The notes below the pieces were generated by a model. It had not been told where the DNA came from. It did not search any database and was given only the letters and a program-made list of their open reading frames with translations. Made by a program: the position numbers and the translations under genes. Shown piece after piece: positions 60,401 through 64,000 of a stretch of 64,000 nucleotides of DNA. This DNA is from Bispira polyomma (taxonomy: Eukaryota): the NCBI GenBank assembly GCA_965649765.1, contig OZ287752.1, forward strand, positions 61,442,001-61,506,000. The letters are read 5' to 3'. Numbering within the stretch: position 1 is the stretch's first letter; each line of letters opens with the position of its first letter.

Positions 60401-63372
60401 ATGAGTATTATTCATTTTGTTCTAATGTTTACGCTCGTGGGAATACATTTAAATTTATAATTACGGAAATTCGTCAAATGTGGTTTTTACATTTCAAATA
60501 ATTACAAGTAATACATGATATGATGATGATATGCTAGATTTCTGACGCGCCTGATTGATGCCAGACATCCTCTAAAGCCAAAGAGGGTTTCCTCAGATCT
60601 TATATTGCATTGCTTGGTAAATTATTCATATAGTAGGTGCTGCAACAGATAAGGCAAAGGATCCAATCCGTTTACTGGTTCTATATCAAAGACTAAAATT
60701 CTGTTTCACTTGGTAAGCCTACTGAGAGATAACAATGTGGCAACATATGGGGACCGACAAAGGTTGACAGCATTGTATGTTATAACATCGGTCTTGAAAA
60801 TGATGCAGTACTTGATGCCACAAACTAAGGATAGTGCAACTAACTTAGGAAAGTAGTAACTTAGGATAAGTGCCCACCATCACATGACAATGAATAATAT
60901 ATAAAGGACAATATTATCTCTATGCCAGGCAGGTTATGTTTTTGCCCTAGTGCTTTTGTGTGTTTGTCACCAGGATTGCACAAAAAAAATACTAAATTAA
61001 TTCCAATGGTAATTTTGGTGTCGATTCAGAATAGACATGTAGATTCAGGAATATTTTTCAGATTTAGGCACTTTTAAGAATGTTCACACTCTACTGAGTG
61101 CCCTTCTACCTACTGTCTGTGTCTTATTTTCCACATCTTACACAAACGACAATCTATTACAGATTTTTTTATCAATCTTAGGACACTTGTAACCCATTTA
61201 ACAAATTCTCGAAAATTAGCACAAATGTTTAATATTAAAATCATCAAAGATGCAAGAAATTTTTAAGCCATGATTATTCCAAGGGGCACCTTTTTCATTG
61301 AAGTTGCATTTCTAAGACCAATACTTCACTGAATTGTTTGTTTTATATGCAGTATTTTAAATTACCTATAGTTTTTTCAATTTCTTCAATTTTCTAATCT
61401 TGAAAAATCATTGCAGTTGCCCTGACTCAGATTGAACCCAGGTGTCCTCTGTGTTCCTAAGTAAATGTGTTTTCCCACTAGGCATAAGGTTTGTGTGGAT
61501 ATTTCAGGTGGTAGCTGTGCTTTGCCAATAACACTTCAGGGTACTGAGATCCCTATTATTAGTGACGATGAGTGTGATGAACAACATGGAGTTAGTTTCC
61601 AGCGAGACAACATGATCTGTGTATGGGGAGGAACAGGTGGTGGCATTGGATCCTGTAATGTAAGTTAACTCTTTATAGTACAGTTTAATTTCTCTTTACA
61701 AAACATGTTAGAGTGCAGCATTGTTTACTTTAGCTCAAAAATGATGACATTTAAAGGGGAGGGATTGCATGGGTGTCAGCAGTAGTTACAGAACAGCCAT
61801 TCTTTACTGGCAGAGTTTAAGCTATAATGCTCCAATATAATGTGTGAAATGAAAGGTCATTTCATTACCATGTAAATCATAGGCTGATTGAAATGTAAAG
61901 GTGGGAGGGGGGGGGGGAGGATACAGTATTCGAATACGAATATGAATACTTTTCCATTTTACGAATACAAAAACTTTGATTTTGGAAGTATTACATTATG
62001 AATGTGAATATATTTAAAATGTATTCATAACTGCATTCATCAAAAATTTTACTTTAAATATGGTTATATTTACTCTAGTTTTAACTGTAAGTCTAGTATT
62101 ATAAAAGTAAAATTCAGTGTCTTCAAAACATTTTTTCCAAATCATCAGTGATATTAATTTGCCTTTACTTTAAGAAAACAATTAATACTCGGTGTGATAA
62201 AAATGAGAACAAACAAAACTAGCAATTGTAACACACATTTACATCTGTGTGTGCATGAAGCTAGGGCAAAAGCCAAATATATCTAAATTGTAATTAAGAG
62301 ATTACTGGCTTAAACATACTTAGGGTCTATTGATAAAAGAAAGGTGTTTGACAAATTTAATACTTTTTTGTTCAATGAATTTATCAGGGGTACAGGTGCA
62401 CAAACAACTGGACAAAATGCCGGTCATATTTGCAAGAGTGGACAAAATGCCGGCCCATTTTGGGGGCTGGGTGGATAAAATGCCGGTATTGTAAAAAAAA
62501 TACTGGTATTTTGAAAACATTTAAACATTTTAAAGTCATTACTTTACAAACAATTTCTAATATATTAAACTAATAACTATTTAAGTCATATAAATAATTA
62601 TAATAAGCAAAAGGTGGGTAGCAAAATCATCCACTGGGGAAGAGACCAAGAAGGGGGTAAGCCAGTTGAAAAAGGTAAGTTCTGAGATGGCTTCTGAAAT
62701 CAGTAAATTGTGTCATGTGATCTGAGAGCATGTTGGAGCCTGTTCCATTAAACAGGAGCAGTCACAGCAAAGCAGCGTCTGTCAATTTTCCTATTCGGTC
62801 GGGTTAAGGAAACAAAGAAGCAGTTTTTCCGAGTAACGCTACTAGACTTAATGACTGAGAACAAATAAAGAGGCTTGTTGAGTTCAATAACTTTCAACAC
62901 AAGGAGGTCGTATTTTTTAAAAAATATGTTCTTCGACAGGTAGCCAGTGAATGTTGTTTAGGTTTGGCAAGAAAAGGCTGCATTTGTCAAACTTGTACAT
63001 AATACGGCATATATATTGCATCATTTTTATATATTAATCTTTGTAATGAAATATAACACCAAATCAGATGCATAGGCACATCCAGAATTTTCTAAAGGTG
63101 ACCACTCCCAGAATATATTGTGTGAACAAAAATGTAAAAATTTGGTTGATAGACTCTTTTTTGTGCCTTTGGAGTACTACACTACTTGTGATCCATCTAT
63201 ATTCTTTCAGGGAGACAGTGGTGGGCCATTGACTGTAGGCTCTACCCTCTATGGATTGACCTCTTGGGGAATTGTTGGCTGTAACACTAACTTCCCATCT
63301 ACCTACAACAGAGTGGGGGCCTTCAATGACTGGATCTGTGGCGAAACAGGTGATGGAGCAATGGGATGTTAG
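57381..63372 (+). CDS. Secreted S1A serine protease (chymotrypsin/elastase-like, reminiscent of annelid fibrinolytic/digestive enzymes); 6 coding exons, 248 aa
   Basis: Join of 57381-57485, 58369-58457, 59068-59146, 60163-60322, 61508-61659, 63211-63372 (747 nt, GT-AG, phases 0,2,0,1,0). Motifs IVGG, PWQ, LTAGHC, NDIAV, TGWG, GDSGGP, TSWG. Confidence 0.95.
58030..58390 (+). repeat. Degenerate ~80-bp tandem array of the protease exon-2 acceptor junction (5 copies)
   Basis: cattgtatatttag|ggatcctacagRacYRgt-like units with AG ending at 58050, 58125, 58208, 58291 and 58368 (real). Confidence 0.8.
58369..58457 (+). CDS. Protease coding exon 2 (catalytic His)
   Basis: catttag|GGA..GGA GG|gtgagt; GSYRTGANSHSCGCVFVGGDWVLTAGHCG. 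Confidence 0.93.
59068..59146 (+). CDS. Protease coding exon 3
   Basis: ttttacag|A TCT..CGT|gtaagt; STLYSMEFGGTNRGSGTVFGVSAVTR. Confidence 0.9.
60163..60322 (+). CDS. Protease coding exon 4 (catalytic Asp)
   Basis: cttcacag|CAT..ACA T|gtgagt; HPEY..PNDIAVV..WITGWGRT. Confidence 0.94.
61508..61659 (+). CDS. Protease coding exon 5
   Basis: atttcag|GT..AAT|gtaagt; CGSCALPITLQGTEIPIISDDEC..NMICV..GIGSCN. Confidence 0.93.
62650..63020 (-). mobile_element. L2 LINE 3' fragment in the last protease intron
   Basis: RRCFAVTAPV*WNRL..FRSHLRTYLFQLAY. Confidence 0.7.
63211..63372 (+). CDS. Protease coding exon 6 (catalytic Ser)
   Basis: tctttcag|GGA GAC AGT; GDSGGPLTVGSTLYGLTSWGIVGCNTNFPSTYNRV..WICGETGDGAMGC*. 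Confidence 0.95.
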   Translation, partial: GDSGGPLTVGSTLYGLTSWGIVGCNTNFPSTYNRVGAFNDWICGETGDGAMGC

Positions 63373-63532
63373 TTATAAACTGGTGTCATTATTGTTTGCA
63401 ACAACAGACGACCTGACATGAACACTAATTGCAATGAATCATTAATTTAGAGTGAACATGTTCACAGTGTAAGTCAAAATAAGATTTGATGACTTTAAAA
63501 TTTCAGTTATGATTAAATAGTAAAAATAATTC

Positions 63533-63538
63533 AATAAA
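63533..63538 (+). terminator. Putative polyadenylation signal of the protease gene
   Basis: AATAAA ~160 nt after the stop codon. Confidence 0.5.
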
Positions 63539-64000
63539 ATCTACAGCATAGTTACAGTGTATCCATCATACTTTGACATAACATTCTAATTTTGTTGATT
63601 TATAGTAAAAACATAAACATGTGGAATTCTAATTGGTGTATTGGAATTCCACCGAAAAAGGCACATATTGACAAATAAGGTGTGCAAAGCATTTGCAGCC
63701 ACGTTAATAAAGCTAACAAATTATTAGACCAAATGCCTTTTTATGAATCGTGGATTTCTGATATGTATAAACAGGGATCAATGATGAATAAATTTATTTT
63801 TTTTGAAATACCATATTATAAATATCAAACATAGTTATTTCCCAAACACTATCACTAGAGTTGGTTCATTACTACTGAATTACTAAATTCTGTGGTTTTA
63901 CTCATGTTTATGCAAAGCATAACTTAACTGTCTTTGGATCCCTTCTAGTTCCACTTTACACACTTCCACTTGTTAAAATTATAGCTTCACAGCACAGTCA

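Overview
AT-rich, repeat-rich animal genomic DNA with spliceosomal GT-AG introns; a marine lophotrochozoan (annelid or mollusc) is likely but is my inference. I reconstructed two divergently oriented multi-exon genes by hand with consistent intron phases. (1) Minus strand, 29207->1430, nine coding exons, 413 aa: a secreted collectin-like protein with signal peptide, an unassigned ~150-aa N-terminal domain, six Gly-X-Y triplets, a heptad neck and a C-type lectin domain lacking EPN/QPD and WND. (2) Plus strand, 57381->63372, six coding exons, 248 aa: a secreted S1A serine protease with an intact His/Asp/Ser triad, a non-tryptic pocket (Gly189), a 4-aa propeptide ending in Phe, and a TATA/GATA promoter. 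The most striking pattern is four unrelated tandem arrays, each built from copies of a real exon-intron junction. Two arrays copy donors and two copy acceptors, across both genes. Each is anchored on the functional splice site and runs into the intron. The rest is tRNA-derived SINEs (several with TSDs), PIF/Harbinger-like MITEs, L1/Tx1 and L2 LINE relics, a decayed DIRS/Ngaro-type tyrosine-recombinase retroelement, a 28S rRNA fragment, and mini/microsatellites. Most ORFs in the supplied track are spurious. Exon boundaries are manual predictions without transcript support, and most repeat boundaries are approximate.
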